A stretch of 25,047 nucleotides of DNA from a virus. Lineage: Duplodnaviria; Caudoviricetes. Every line of letters starts with the position of its first letter. Position 1 is the first letter of the stretch. The translations under genes and the position numbers were made by a program. The DNA lies in the IMG/VR virus record IMGVR_UViG_3300028188_000026, positions 1-25,047 of that record. The stretch is one strand, 5' to 3'. A model generated the notes under the pieces. The model searched no databases and was not told the DNA's origin. It was given only the letters and a program-made list of their open reading frames with translations. Shown piece by piece: positions 8,315 to 16,873 of this stretch.

Positions 8315-8869
8315 ATGTTATATAACCAGTGGAAATACAATAGGGCGAAGTATTCCACAGCCGACTTAGAAGACGGCACATTAGTTGTATTAGCCACAGG
8401 AACAACAACCTGTATTGGCGGTAGAATAAGAGAGTCTGGCGCTATAAGTATGGGCGACACTGTTGTAACTACAGTGGGAAGCCGTCAGGCTAACGCGTCA
8501 TTAGTTGTAACATCTACATCTAGCACAACATCATCTTCTACAAGAGTTAGAGAGTCTAGTGCTACTGTAAATGCAAGTGCGTCAAACACAACCAGTGCTG
8601 AGAAGATTAACTTAGGCAGTTCTACAACCACTGCTTCAAGTACAACATCATCAATAGCAGAGGCAGTATATTTAGGTGGTGGACAGATTTCACCAACATC
8701 GACTGTTACAGCGTCTTGTATAAGGATTATGTTCTCAAGCGTAGTCATTAACGGCTCATCAGGAACACTGACAGTAGCAAGAGAGAAGTGGGAAGATATT
8801 TCAGAAACCTCATCGACTTGGACGTTAATTCCTGAAGGGTCGGAAACTTGGACAACTATAGCAGCATGA
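8315..8869 (+). CDS. Ser/Thr-rich structural protein with ~20-aa periodicity
   Basis: About seven 20-aa units between 8363 and 8782 (e.g. RIRESGAISMGDTVVTTVGS / RVRESSATVNASASNTTSAE) and a Trp-spaced C-terminus. Confidence 0.6.
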   Translation: MLYNQWKYNRAKYSTADLEDGTLVVLATGTTTCIGGRIRESGAISMGDTVVTTVGSRQANASLVVTSTSSTTSSSTRVRESSATVNASASNTTSAEKINLGSSTTTASSTTSSIAEAVYLGGGQISPTSTVTASCIRIMFSSVVINGSSGTLTVAREKWEDISETSSTWTLIPEGSETWTTIAA

Positions 8870-10344
8870 GTTTAATACCATTACAATTACCGCCAGGTGT
8901 TCACAATAACGGAACAGACTTTGAATCATCTAATAGATGGCGTGACGCTAATTTAGTTCGTTGGCATGATGGTTCAATGCGCCCTGTGGGCGGTTGGACA
9001 ACACGTAAGGCATCAGCATTCGCATCAGCACCAAGAGCAATGATTTCTTGGGTTGATAATACTTCAGGAACTAACTTAGTAGCAGGAACATACAACAAAT
9101 TATATTACGTCAATCAGTCAAGCACTGTATATGACATTACTCCAACAGGACTAACTTCAGGTAATTTAGACGCTGTAGTTAATACTTCATTTGGCGGTAG
9201 TTATTGGGGAACAGGTAACTACGGAACAGCAAGAACATCTACAGGTGTGTATCAAGAAGCAACAACATGGTCATTAGACACATGGGGTCAGAACCTACTT
9301 GGTTGTTCATCAGGTGACGGAAATATTTATGAGTGGACATTAAGCACTTCTACATTGCCAACAGCACTAACTAACGCACCTGTCAATAATAAAGGTGTAG
9401 TAGTTACAGAAGAAAGATTTGTATTCGCATTAGCATCAGGTGGAAACCCTCGTAAGGTTCAGTGGTCAGACAGAGAAGACAATACTGTTTGGACTCCTGC
9501 GGCTACTAATGAATCAGGTGATATGGAGTTACAGACATCAGGACAGATTATGTGTGGTGTTCGTATGCGTGGTAGAACTATTATATTGACAGATAATGAT
9601 GCTCATATAGCAACCTACCAAGGTCCACCGTTCGTATATGGCTTTGAACGTGTAGGTACAGCGTGTGGTGTTTCATCAAGAAAGGCTGCGGTTGCAGTAG
9701 ATGAAGGCGCTTTTTGGATGGGTCATAAGTCATTCTTCACATTTGATGGTTCAGTAGCAACAGAGATTAAGTGTGATGTTGTGGATTATGTATTCGATGA
9801 CATCAACCGAAATCAGATTAGTAAGGTGACTGCTGTACATAACTCACAGTTTGGTGAGATTTGGTGGTTTTATCCATCAGGCTCATCTACTGAGAACGAC
9901 AGATATGTTGTATTAGATTACAAAGAAGGACATTGGACTGTAGGCGAATTAGGTAGAACGGCTTGTATTGATAGAGGTGTGTTCGATAATCCTATTTGGT
10001 GTGATGCTAGTGGCAACTTGTACGAACAAGAGACAGGTATTAATCACGGCTCATCTGTTCCTTTTGCTGAATCAGGTCCTATTAGCCTTGGCAACGGTGA
10101 TACCGTAATGAGAGTAACTAACCTTATTCCTGATGAGAAAGTTCAGGGTGAGGTCAAGGTTTCGTTTAAGACTAGAATGTACCCTAATGCTACAGAAACT
10201 ACACATGGACCTTATACATTGACGAGTCCTACAGATGTTAGATTCACAGGCAGACAGGTAAGAATTAAGATTGAAGGTAACGGATATCATAATTGGCGTT
10301 CAGGCATTATGCGAATTGATGCTAAAGCAGGTGGCACTAGATGA
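8866..10344 (+). CDS. Tail nozzle / packaged-DNA stabilisation protein (P22 gp10 / tail tubular B-like)
   Basis: About 492-aa beta-propeller-like sequence (VQWSD.E...W, EIWWFYPS). The likely true start is ATG 8866 (ATGA overlap, MSLIPLQLPPG) rather than TTG 8848. Position in the tail block supports the call. Confidence 0.7.
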   Translation: MSLIPLQLPPGVHNNGTDFESSNRWRDANLVRWHDGSMRPVGGWTTRKASAFASAPRAMISWVDNTSGTNLVAGTYNKLYYVNQSSTVYDITPTGLTSGNLDAVVNTSFGGSYWGTGNYGTARTSTGVYQEATTWSLDTWGQNLLGCSSGDGNIYEWTLSTSTLPTALTNAPVNNKGVVVTEERFVFALASGGNPRKVQWSDREDNTVWTPAATNESGDMELQTSGQIMCGVRMRGRTIILTDNDAHIATYQGPPFVYGFERVGTACGVSSRKAAVAVDEGAFWMGHKSFFTFDGSVATEIKCDVVDYVFDDINRNQISKVTAVHNSQFGEIWWFYPSGSSTENDRYVVLDYKEGHWTVGELGRTACIDRGVFDNPIWCDASGNLYEQETGINHGSSVPFAESGPISLGNGDTVMRVTNLIPDEKVQGEVKVSFKTRMYPNATETTHGPYTLTSPTDVRFTGRQVRIKIEGNGYHNWRSGIMRIDAKAGGTR

Positions 10345-11018
10345 GCGCACCTGTACCACCACCGCCACTAGGACCTAATTGGAATACGTGGGGTGAGAAG
10401 TTAAACTCGTTCCTTGTTAGAACAAGAGACGCTTTAAGATTTAAACAGAACGGTGATTCTGCAGCAGAAAACGGCATCCTTATGTGGGATGAATCAGACA
10501 AGAATCCTGTAGTGTCTATTGATGGAGAATGGATTCCACTAGGTTTAGGCGGTGGAACTAATAGTGGCTCTCATGCTTACGTTTATAGTACAACAAGTCA
10601 AACTGCAAGTGCTGTGGATACTGCTTATGGCATTACTTGGAATAATATAGGCGTTAATAACAATATCTCTATTAATGGTAGCGACTCAACAAGAATTGAT
10701 TTTGCTAAAGGCGGAACATTTTATATAAACTTTCACGCTACATTAGCATCTTCAAATGCTTCTACAAAGACAGTGTATTTCTTCCCTAAGATAAACGGTA
10801 CAACTCAAGACCATTCAACTATTATTACTACACTTCACGAGAATGGTCAGAAGAAAATTGCATCAAGAAACGGATTATTTACAGTAAGCGCAGGTGATTA
10901 TTTACAAGCAATGTGGGCGACTGATGATGTGGCAGCATGGTTAGAGAATAATACCGCAACATCATTTGCACCATCTACACCGAGCGTTACTCTATCAATA
11001 GTTGAGGTAACAACGTGA
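10341..11018 (+). CDS. Tail needle/fibre-like protein with C-terminal C1q/TNF-like beta-sandwich
   Basis: Occupies the P22 gp26 position between the nozzle and the gp14-like gene. C-terminal ITWN...GTFYINFHATL...VSAGDYLQAMW resembles C1q/BclA-CTD folds. Confidence 0.5.
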   Translation: MSAPVPPPPLGPNWNTWGEKLNSFLVRTRDALRFKQNGDSAAENGILMWDESDKNPVVSIDGEWIPLGLGGGTNSGSHAYVYSTTSQTASAVDTAYGITWNNIGVNNNISINGSDSTRIDFAKGGTFYINFHATLASSNASTKTVYFFPKINGTTQDHSTIITTLHENGQKKIASRNGLFTVSAGDYLQAMWATDDVAAWLENNTATSFAPSTPSVTLSIVEVTT

Positions 11019-11380
11019 ATATTAAAGAAGAGTTAATACGTTGTAGAGAGTGGATTCAGTCTGCTTTAGACAAAGGTGGTGACACACATTCCTTTATTGA
11101 CGTTGTAGATGGTGTTGTTGGTGGGAAAATGCAATTATGGTCAGGTAAAAAAGGATGTGCTGTAACAGAGATAGTAGTGTATCCTAACAAGAAAGTCCTA
11201 CATGTCTTTTTGGCAGGTGGGAAACTAGAACAGATTACCGATATGCACAAAGATGCGGTACAATGGGCTAAAGCCCAAGGGTGTGACGGAATGACCCTAT
11301 CAGGAAGAAAGGGTTGGTTAAAAATATTAAATAAAGACGGTTGGAAAGAACAACAAATCGTTATGGCAAAGGAGTTTTGA
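11015..11380 (+). CDS. GNAT-fold virion assembly protein (P22 gp14 / T7 gp13-like)
   Basis: LHVFLAGG...WAKAQGCDGMTLSGRKGW..IL...GW pattern; GTG start overlapping the upstream TGA; precedes the ejection genes. Confidence 0.6.
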   Translation: MNIKEELIRCREWIQSALDKGGDTHSFIDVVDGVVGGKMQLWSGKKGCAVTEIVVYPNKKVLHVFLAGGKLEQITDMHKDAVQWAKAQGCDGMTLSGRKGWLKILNKDGWKEQQIVMAKEF

Positions 11381-11381
11381 T

Positions 11382-11753
11382 ATGAGCGGTGGAAAAGGCG
11401 GTAGCCAAACACAAGTAACAGAAATACCTAAGTGGATTGAAGAACCTTCAGTCAGAAACTTAGCAAGAGCAGAAACAGCACAAAAAGTTGGATATATGCC
11501 TTGGTATGGTCCTGATGTGGCATCATTTAGTCCTGCCACTCAAGAGGCTTGGAGACAGAATATTGGAGCATCAGAGGCTTTTGGATTATCAGCCCCAGGC
11601 TCATTAACCCCTATGGGGGGATTACCAGCACCTACTACTTATTCAAGCGGTGTTACAGGTTACAGTGGTCAGCCTTTATATGACCAAGCACTAGCAGAAT
11701 TAAAAACTAACAAACCTGCGGATGTTGCACAATATAACAAATTATTTGTTTAG
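11382..11753 (+). CDS. DNA ejection/pilot protein (gp7-like N-terminus)
   Basis: Begins MSGGKGGS, like the KGGKGG mature N-terminus of P22 gp7; follows the gp14-like gene. Confidence 0.55.
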   Translation: MSGGKGGSQTQVTEIPKWIEEPSVRNLARAETAQKVGYMPWYGPDVASFSPATQEAWRQNIGASEAFGLSAPGSLTPMGGLPAPTTYSSGVTGYSGQPLYDQALAELKTNKPADVAQYNKLFV

Positions 11754-11762
11754 GAGAATAAT

Positions 11763-12458
11763 ATGGCAGGTGGACCTCAAACAGGCGGAATAGCACAAAA
11801 CCCAAACATTAATCAGATGGCTGCTCAAGGAATTAAAGGAGCAGGAATTAACTCAGCAGTAGGAATGGGTTATCAGCCAGGTCAGTTAGCAACAACTAGC
11901 ATGACTCCTTACATGAATCCTTATACTACTGAAGTTATTAAGGCTAATGAGGCTGACATATTACGAGGCGCTGACAAAGGATTAGATATGTTAGGCGCAC
12001 AGGCACAGGCTGCTAAAGCATTTGGTGGTTCTCGTCATGGTGTTGCTATGGGTGAGATGGGTAGAGATGTGGCTACACAACTTGCACAATCATCAGCAGG
12101 TCTGAGACAACAAGGATTCCAACAAGCGCAACAAGCAGCGCAACAAGATATTCAGAGTGGGCTACAAGGCGCACAACAAAGATTAGGTGCAGCAAGTCAG
12201 TTAGCAAACATATCTAACCTAGGTTTCGGCATGGGTCAGACTGTTACGCAGAACTTAGCACAACAAGGCTCACAGCAAGAAGCAATGCAACAAGCGCTTA
12301 TTGATTCTGCTAAACAAAGATTCCAAGGTTATACAAATCAACCTTCTACATCTATTGGTTATGTTACTCAGGCTCTTGGTGCTACACCAGTTCCACAGAC
12401 ACAAACAACAGCAAAACAACCAGGTCTATTCGATTACTTAACATTAGCAATGTCATAG
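11763..12458 (+). CDS. DNA ejection (internal virion) protein, Q/A/G-rich
   Basis: YMNPY...AFGGSR motif, Gln/Ala/Gly-rich helical composition, AGGAG SD, position in the ejection block. Confidence 0.65.
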   Translation: MAGGPQTGGIAQNPNINQMAAQGIKGAGINSAVGMGYQPGQLATTSMTPYMNPYTTEVIKANEADILRGADKGLDMLGAQAQAAKAFGGSRHGVAMGEMGRDVATQLAQSSAGLRQQGFQQAQQAAQQDIQSGLQGAQQRLGAASQLANISNLGFGMGQTVTQNLAQQGSQQEAMQQALIDSAKQRFQGYTNQPSTSIGYVTQALGATPVPQTQTTAKQPGLFDYLTLAMS

Positions 12459-12467
12459 GAGATAGTT

Positions 12468-12974
12468 ATGGGATTCTTGATGGACACAATAAGTAATTGG
12501 AACAAGAAGAATGACGAAGAAGATAAACTAAAGGGTCTTTTAGAGAAAAACGATTTTGATAGTAATGAAGACGCAGTAAGTACCGCTAGACAATACGAAG
12601 GTTTAAAGGCTCAAACACAAGATGGTTTTCTTTCACACGCAGGTGATGATTGGTTGGGTCGTATGGGTCAACGTACAGGAATGGGTAATTTAGGAATTGG
12701 AACAGAGCAAAGTTTTATGCCTGAATATCAAATGAACGGTCAGACTTTACCTGCTATCAATAGTGGAATACAACAGGGTAATATTGATTCATTAAGAGGT
12801 GGGTATGACCCACAAGCGCCTTATTATTCTTATGAAACACAAGGAACTCCTGGTGGAATACTTGACTTGTTTGATTCTAAAGATATTAGTGGAGCGTTAA
12901 ATTACACAAAAGACACAGGCGCTAGAAGCAGACAAGAAGAGATTTTCAAGATGTTTATGAGCATGATGGGTTAA
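12468..12974 (+). CDS. Hypothetical protein, probable internal virion protein
   Basis: AGGAG SD; low-complexity Gly/Asp-rich ORF between ejection genes. Confidence 0.55.
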   Translation: MGFLMDTISNWNKKNDEEDKLKGLLEKNDFDSNEDAVSTARQYEGLKAQTQDGFLSHAGDDWLGRMGQRTGMGNLGIGTEQSFMPEYQMNGQTLPAINSGIQQGNIDSLRGGYDPQAPYYSYETQGTPGGILDLFDSKDISGALNYTKDTGARSRQEEIFKMFMSMMG

Positions 12975-12987
12975 TTAGGAGAAAATT

Positions 12988-14544
12988 ATGAGTCCTTTGT
13001 TAGAAATGATTTTAAGTGGTCTTGCGACTAAAGCGTTTAATAAGACTGAAACAGGGCAACAATCAGATGAAGGTGTTAATTCATTATTAGACTATCTAAA
13101 GAACAATATATTAGGTGGTGATTCAGAACCACAAGAAGGATTACTGTCAACAAACCAGTCTTTTATCCCTCAAGAACAACAAGATTTAGGTGGCTTCACA
13201 AGAACAGCAGATGGAACTACAAACGTTATTCCTGCTATGCCTATGGTAACTGAGCGCAAGGTAGTAGATTATAACGCTCCTACAACACAGAGTCCTGTTA
13301 TGAATCTTTCTAATCAAGACTCTATGACACCTGAACAAGTAAACAAATATTCTAATATGTCTGACACTGTAGGAAACTACGATACGACTCTTGAAGATAT
13401 TATGAATAAAAACCTAAACAGCACAAGTCCTGCTGCTGACGCATTCAGTAGAGGTTCACAAGAAATGAATCTTGCTAAAGAAGAGCCTAGTTTTATTGAT
13501 ACTGCTATGGATAAAGTTTCTGATGCAAGTTCAGATATGTGGGGTTCTACGTTTGGTGATGAGTCTTGGAGATTGAGAAAGGCTCTTGCGCTTAACTCAA
13601 TGAGACTTAACCCTGACCAAGGGTTGGCTAAGTCAATGGAGACTAGGTTAGAGGGTCTTCGTAAGAATAAACAAGCAAACAAGACAGCGCAAGCGCTTAG
13701 AGCGATGGGTCGTGAAGATTTAGCCAAGATGGTTGAGTCAGGACAGATTGATGCTAAGACAGCAATTACTATTGCTTATAAGAAAGGTTCAGCATTCGAA
13801 GAGAAGTTAGAATTTATTGAAGGTAAGACACCTGAAGAGTTGGCACGCTACAAAGACCTTGGTATTCTAGGCGGTGGAACTACTATCAACATGGGTAATG
13901 ACAAGTATTACGATGCTATTGGAAAAGATATTGCTACTATGCAATCTACTCACAGAGAGCGTGGCGAGTTGGCTACAAGTTCTTTAAATGCTCTAAACGA
14001 GTTAAATACAGCAATAGTTAATTTTGGCGAGACAGGTCCTGATGAGTACACTAAGCAGAAATTAAGAGTTATGGCATCTAAGTATGGCATGGGAAGTCTT
14101 ATTGATGAGAGTAAGATGTCTAATGGACAGTACGTTGAGGCTATTAAAAACCGAATGGTTGCTGAAGAGTTGAGACGAAACAAAGGTCCACAAACAGATT
14201 TTGATGCTAAGTTTGCAGGAACATATATTCCTGGACTAGGAACTTCAACAGAAGCTAATAAAGCGCTGATGAACTACTCTAAGTCAATTTCATTGCAACA
14301 AACAATCTTCTCTAATATGTCTGCTAGTATTAGACTTAGTGATTTTGACAACGCCCAAAATACTATACGAGAAATCGACCAACTATCCTTAATGTCTCCT
14401 GGTGCTATGGAAAGAAATGACGGAACTTGGATTACATTCAATGAGTTCTTTAACTCTGACCTAGAGCAAATTAAGAGTATGTCTGCTCAAGAGAGATTAC
14501 AAGAGTGGTCTAATAGATATAAGCAAAGAATGGGGTTTAAATAA
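12988..14544 (+). CDS. Probable DNA ejection protein (gp20-like position)
   Basis: 518 aa with disordered N-half and helical C-half containing GGGTTINMG; AGGAG SD; synteny. Confidence 0.55.
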   Translation: MSPLLEMILSGLATKAFNKTETGQQSDEGVNSLLDYLKNNILGGDSEPQEGLLSTNQSFIPQEQQDLGGFTRTADGTTNVIPAMPMVTERKVVDYNAPTTQSPVMNLSNQDSMTPEQVNKYSNMSDTVGNYDTTLEDIMNKNLNSTSPAADAFSRGSQEMNLAKEEPSFIDTAMDKVSDASSDMWGSTFGDESWRLRKALALNSMRLNPDQGLAKSMETRLEGLRKNKQANKTAQALRAMGREDLAKMVESGQIDAKTAITIAYKKGSAFEEKLEFIEGKTPEELARYKDLGILGGGTTINMGNDKYYDAIGKDIATMQSTHRERGELATSSLNALNELNTAIVNFGETGPDEYTKQKLRVMASKYGMGSLIDESKMSNGQYVEAIKNRMVAEELRRNKGPQTDFDAKFAGTYIPGLGTSTEANKALMNYSKSISLQQTIFSNMSASIRLSDFDNAQNTIREIDQLSLMSPGAMERNDGTWITFNEFFNSDLEQIKSMSAQERLQEWSNRYKQRMGFK

Positions 14545-16865
14545 TGGCTGATGAAATTGATGATTTGTTATGGGGTGGAAACACAACGACACAACCTGTA
14601 GTAACGTCTCAAGGCGGTGTTGTGGGTACAACACAGACAATAGATGATGTATTTAAGGGTAGCAATGTGCAAGCAACAGAAAAACAGTTTGAGGAAAGCC
14701 TTGAGCCAATTCTGAGAGGACTTCCCGATAATGGTAGAATACTGAGAGATAATAAAACAGGCACTCTTGTTTTTCGTTCAAATAGTTACTCAACTAGCAA
14801 CCAAGATGAAATAAAGAGAATTATTGATGAAGGCAAACAGGGAGAGGTTGTTGACCTTGGCGCTGAAGCAGAATCTAAGTTCACAAAGGACATCTTAGGG
14901 CAAATACCTGAATCGGGTTTATTATCTCAACAGTTTATGAGAGGTGGACTTGGTGGTGGCTCTTGGATGGATGAGGTTATGACAAGCGACCCTGCCGAAC
15001 AGTGGAAGTATGAAAAGGCAAGAACAGCATACGAGCAAGAATATCCTGAAAGAGCATACCCTGCTCAAATTGCAGGTTTAGGTGCAAGTACCTACCTAAC
15101 AGGTGGATTGGCACAAGGCATTGGCAAGATTGATAAAGTGGGAAAAGCGGTTAATGTTGTTAAAAATTGGTACAGTAAACTAGCACCTCTTGCACAGAAA
15201 ACAGCACAAGTTAGTGGAGTATCTGCCTTATCAGGCGCTGAGGGATTGTTATATGGCGCAGGTGACGGTAACACACTTGATGAGCGCACAGTTAATGCAC
15301 TTCAAACAGGCGCATTAAACACTGCTATTACAGCTCCTATTGCAGTAGCGTTTCCTATTGTTGCAAGCATGATTGATAGATTTAAAATTGATAAGGCTAA
15401 GATTGGCGCTATTGCGACAGAGTTTGGTATATCAGTAGAAGCATCTCGTTTCATTAAAGATGCGTTTGATAGTGGTGCTACTCTAGCGGAAATGATGGAG
15501 AAAGTGTCTCGCTCAGGTAATGAGCGCATGATTGCTGATGCTAATACAGCGTTCACTAAATTGTTAGACGCTGCTGCTACAGTCTCACCACAAGCAGGTG
15601 GTGATATTCAGAAGATTGTTGGAGACCGTGTAACAGGGTCATCAACTAAGTTGGCAAGTGATTTAGACACAAGTTTAGGTGTTCAGCCACAAGGCGAGAA
15701 GACTATCTATGATGTGATTAGTGAAGAGACTAAAGTAGGACGTAGTGACGCATATACAAAAGCGTTCTCACAGCCTGTTGATTACACATCTCCACAAGGT
15801 CAACAGATAATAAGAACTCTACAAGTTTTGCCACAAAAAACGGTTGATGGCATCAATACATTGTTAGCGATTCGTGGAAAGTCACAACGATTAAAGTATA
15901 AGGGTGTTGACAAAAACGGAAACATCCAATACACAGAACTACCTGACGTAGAGACTCTTGATTTAATAAAGAGAGAGTTAGACAACATTGCTGAAGGAGC
16001 AAGAGACCCACTTACACAGAACATTAGTGGCATTAGCAACATGGTTGCAGATGAGGCAAGAAAAGCAATTAGAGACAACCTAAAGGCTATTAATCCTGCA
16101 TACGCAGATGCCTTGTCACAAGGTCAAGGAAAGATTCTAACGCAACAGGCTGTGAGGCTTGGTACAAAACTAATGAAAGATGGCACGCCATTAGATGAAG
16201 TTAAGATTTTCATGCGTAATGCTAGTAAGGAAGAGGTTAAAGGTGTAAGACAAGGTTTGCGTGAGCAGATTGAGAGCATTATGTCTAATGCTAAGACCGC
16301 ATCCACTACAGGGCGACCTGAAGATGTATCTGAGGCTATGAAGTTAATTACCACTATGTCGTCAAGAAGTGTACGCCTAAAAGTAGAGCAAATCTTAGGT
16401 AAGAAGACATCAGACGCTATGTTCAAGAGATTAGATGAGACTCGTTCTGCTATCGAATTACAAGCAGGTACACGTACAGGCTCGGCAACAGCGTCAAGAC
16501 AAGAAATAATGGGAACTGCTGAAAGAATGATTGAGCGTGGTCCTATCGGAACTTTGTTTGAAGGTCAACCTATTAAAGCGGTACAAAAACTAAGAGACTT
16601 CTTCACAGGAACAGGTGATGACTACTTACAATCACGTAAAGAAGAGATATTTAAAGAGGTGGCAGACTTACTCACTAAAACAGGAAAGGGTGGAAAAGAT
16701 GTTGATATGGCACTTAGATACTTAGACGCTGTTAAGAGTGGTCAAAAACTAAGCAATCCACAAGCATCATATTTAACATTGTTAATCAAAAATGGTTTAC
16801 AATCTACCTCAGCACCGATTGCTACAGGTGTGGGCGCACAGCGTTTCTTAACAGAAGAAAAATAG
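14544..16865 (+). CDS. Probable large DNA ejection protein (gp16-like position)
   Basis: 773 aa, largely helical, with hydrophobic Gly/Ala-rich segments (GLGASTYLTGGLAQG; TAITAPIAVAFPIVA) and a GSATA.R motif; last gene of the ejection block. Confidence 0.6.
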   Translation: MADEIDDLLWGGNTTTQPVVTSQGGVVGTTQTIDDVFKGSNVQATEKQFEESLEPILRGLPDNGRILRDNKTGTLVFRSNSYSTSNQDEIKRIIDEGKQGEVVDLGAEAESKFTKDILGQIPESGLLSQQFMRGGLGGGSWMDEVMTSDPAEQWKYEKARTAYEQEYPERAYPAQIAGLGASTYLTGGLAQGIGKIDKVGKAVNVVKNWYSKLAPLAQKTAQVSGVSALSGAEGLLYGAGDGNTLDERTVNALQTGALNTAITAPIAVAFPIVASMIDRFKIDKAKIGAIATEFGISVEASRFIKDAFDSGATLAEMMEKVSRSGNERMIADANTAFTKLLDAAATVSPQAGGDIQKIVGDRVTGSSTKLASDLDTSLGVQPQGEKTIYDVISEETKVGRSDAYTKAFSQPVDYTSPQGQQIIRTLQVLPQKTVDGINTLLAIRGKSQRLKYKGVDKNGNIQYTELPDVETLDLIKRELDNIAEGARDPLTQNISGISNMVADEARKAIRDNLKAINPAYADALSQGQGKILTQQAVRLGTKLMKDGTPLDEVKIFMRNASKEEVKGVRQGLREQIESIMSNAKTASTTGRPEDVSEAMKLITTMSSRSVRLKVEQILGKKTSDAMFKRLDETRSAIELQAGTRTGSATASRQEIMGTAERMIERGPIGTLFEGQPIKAVQKLRDFFTGTGDDYLQSRKEEIFKEVADLLTKTGKGGKDVDMALRYLDAVKSGQKLSNPQASYLTLLIKNGLQSTSAPIATGVGAQRFLTEEK

Positions 16866-16873
16866 GAATAAAC

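Noticed and set aside
8848-8865. TTG start at 8848 for the nozzle gene
   Set aside because: ATG 8866 overlaps the upstream TGA in the ATGA arrangement used elsewhere in this window and gives a typical N-terminus.
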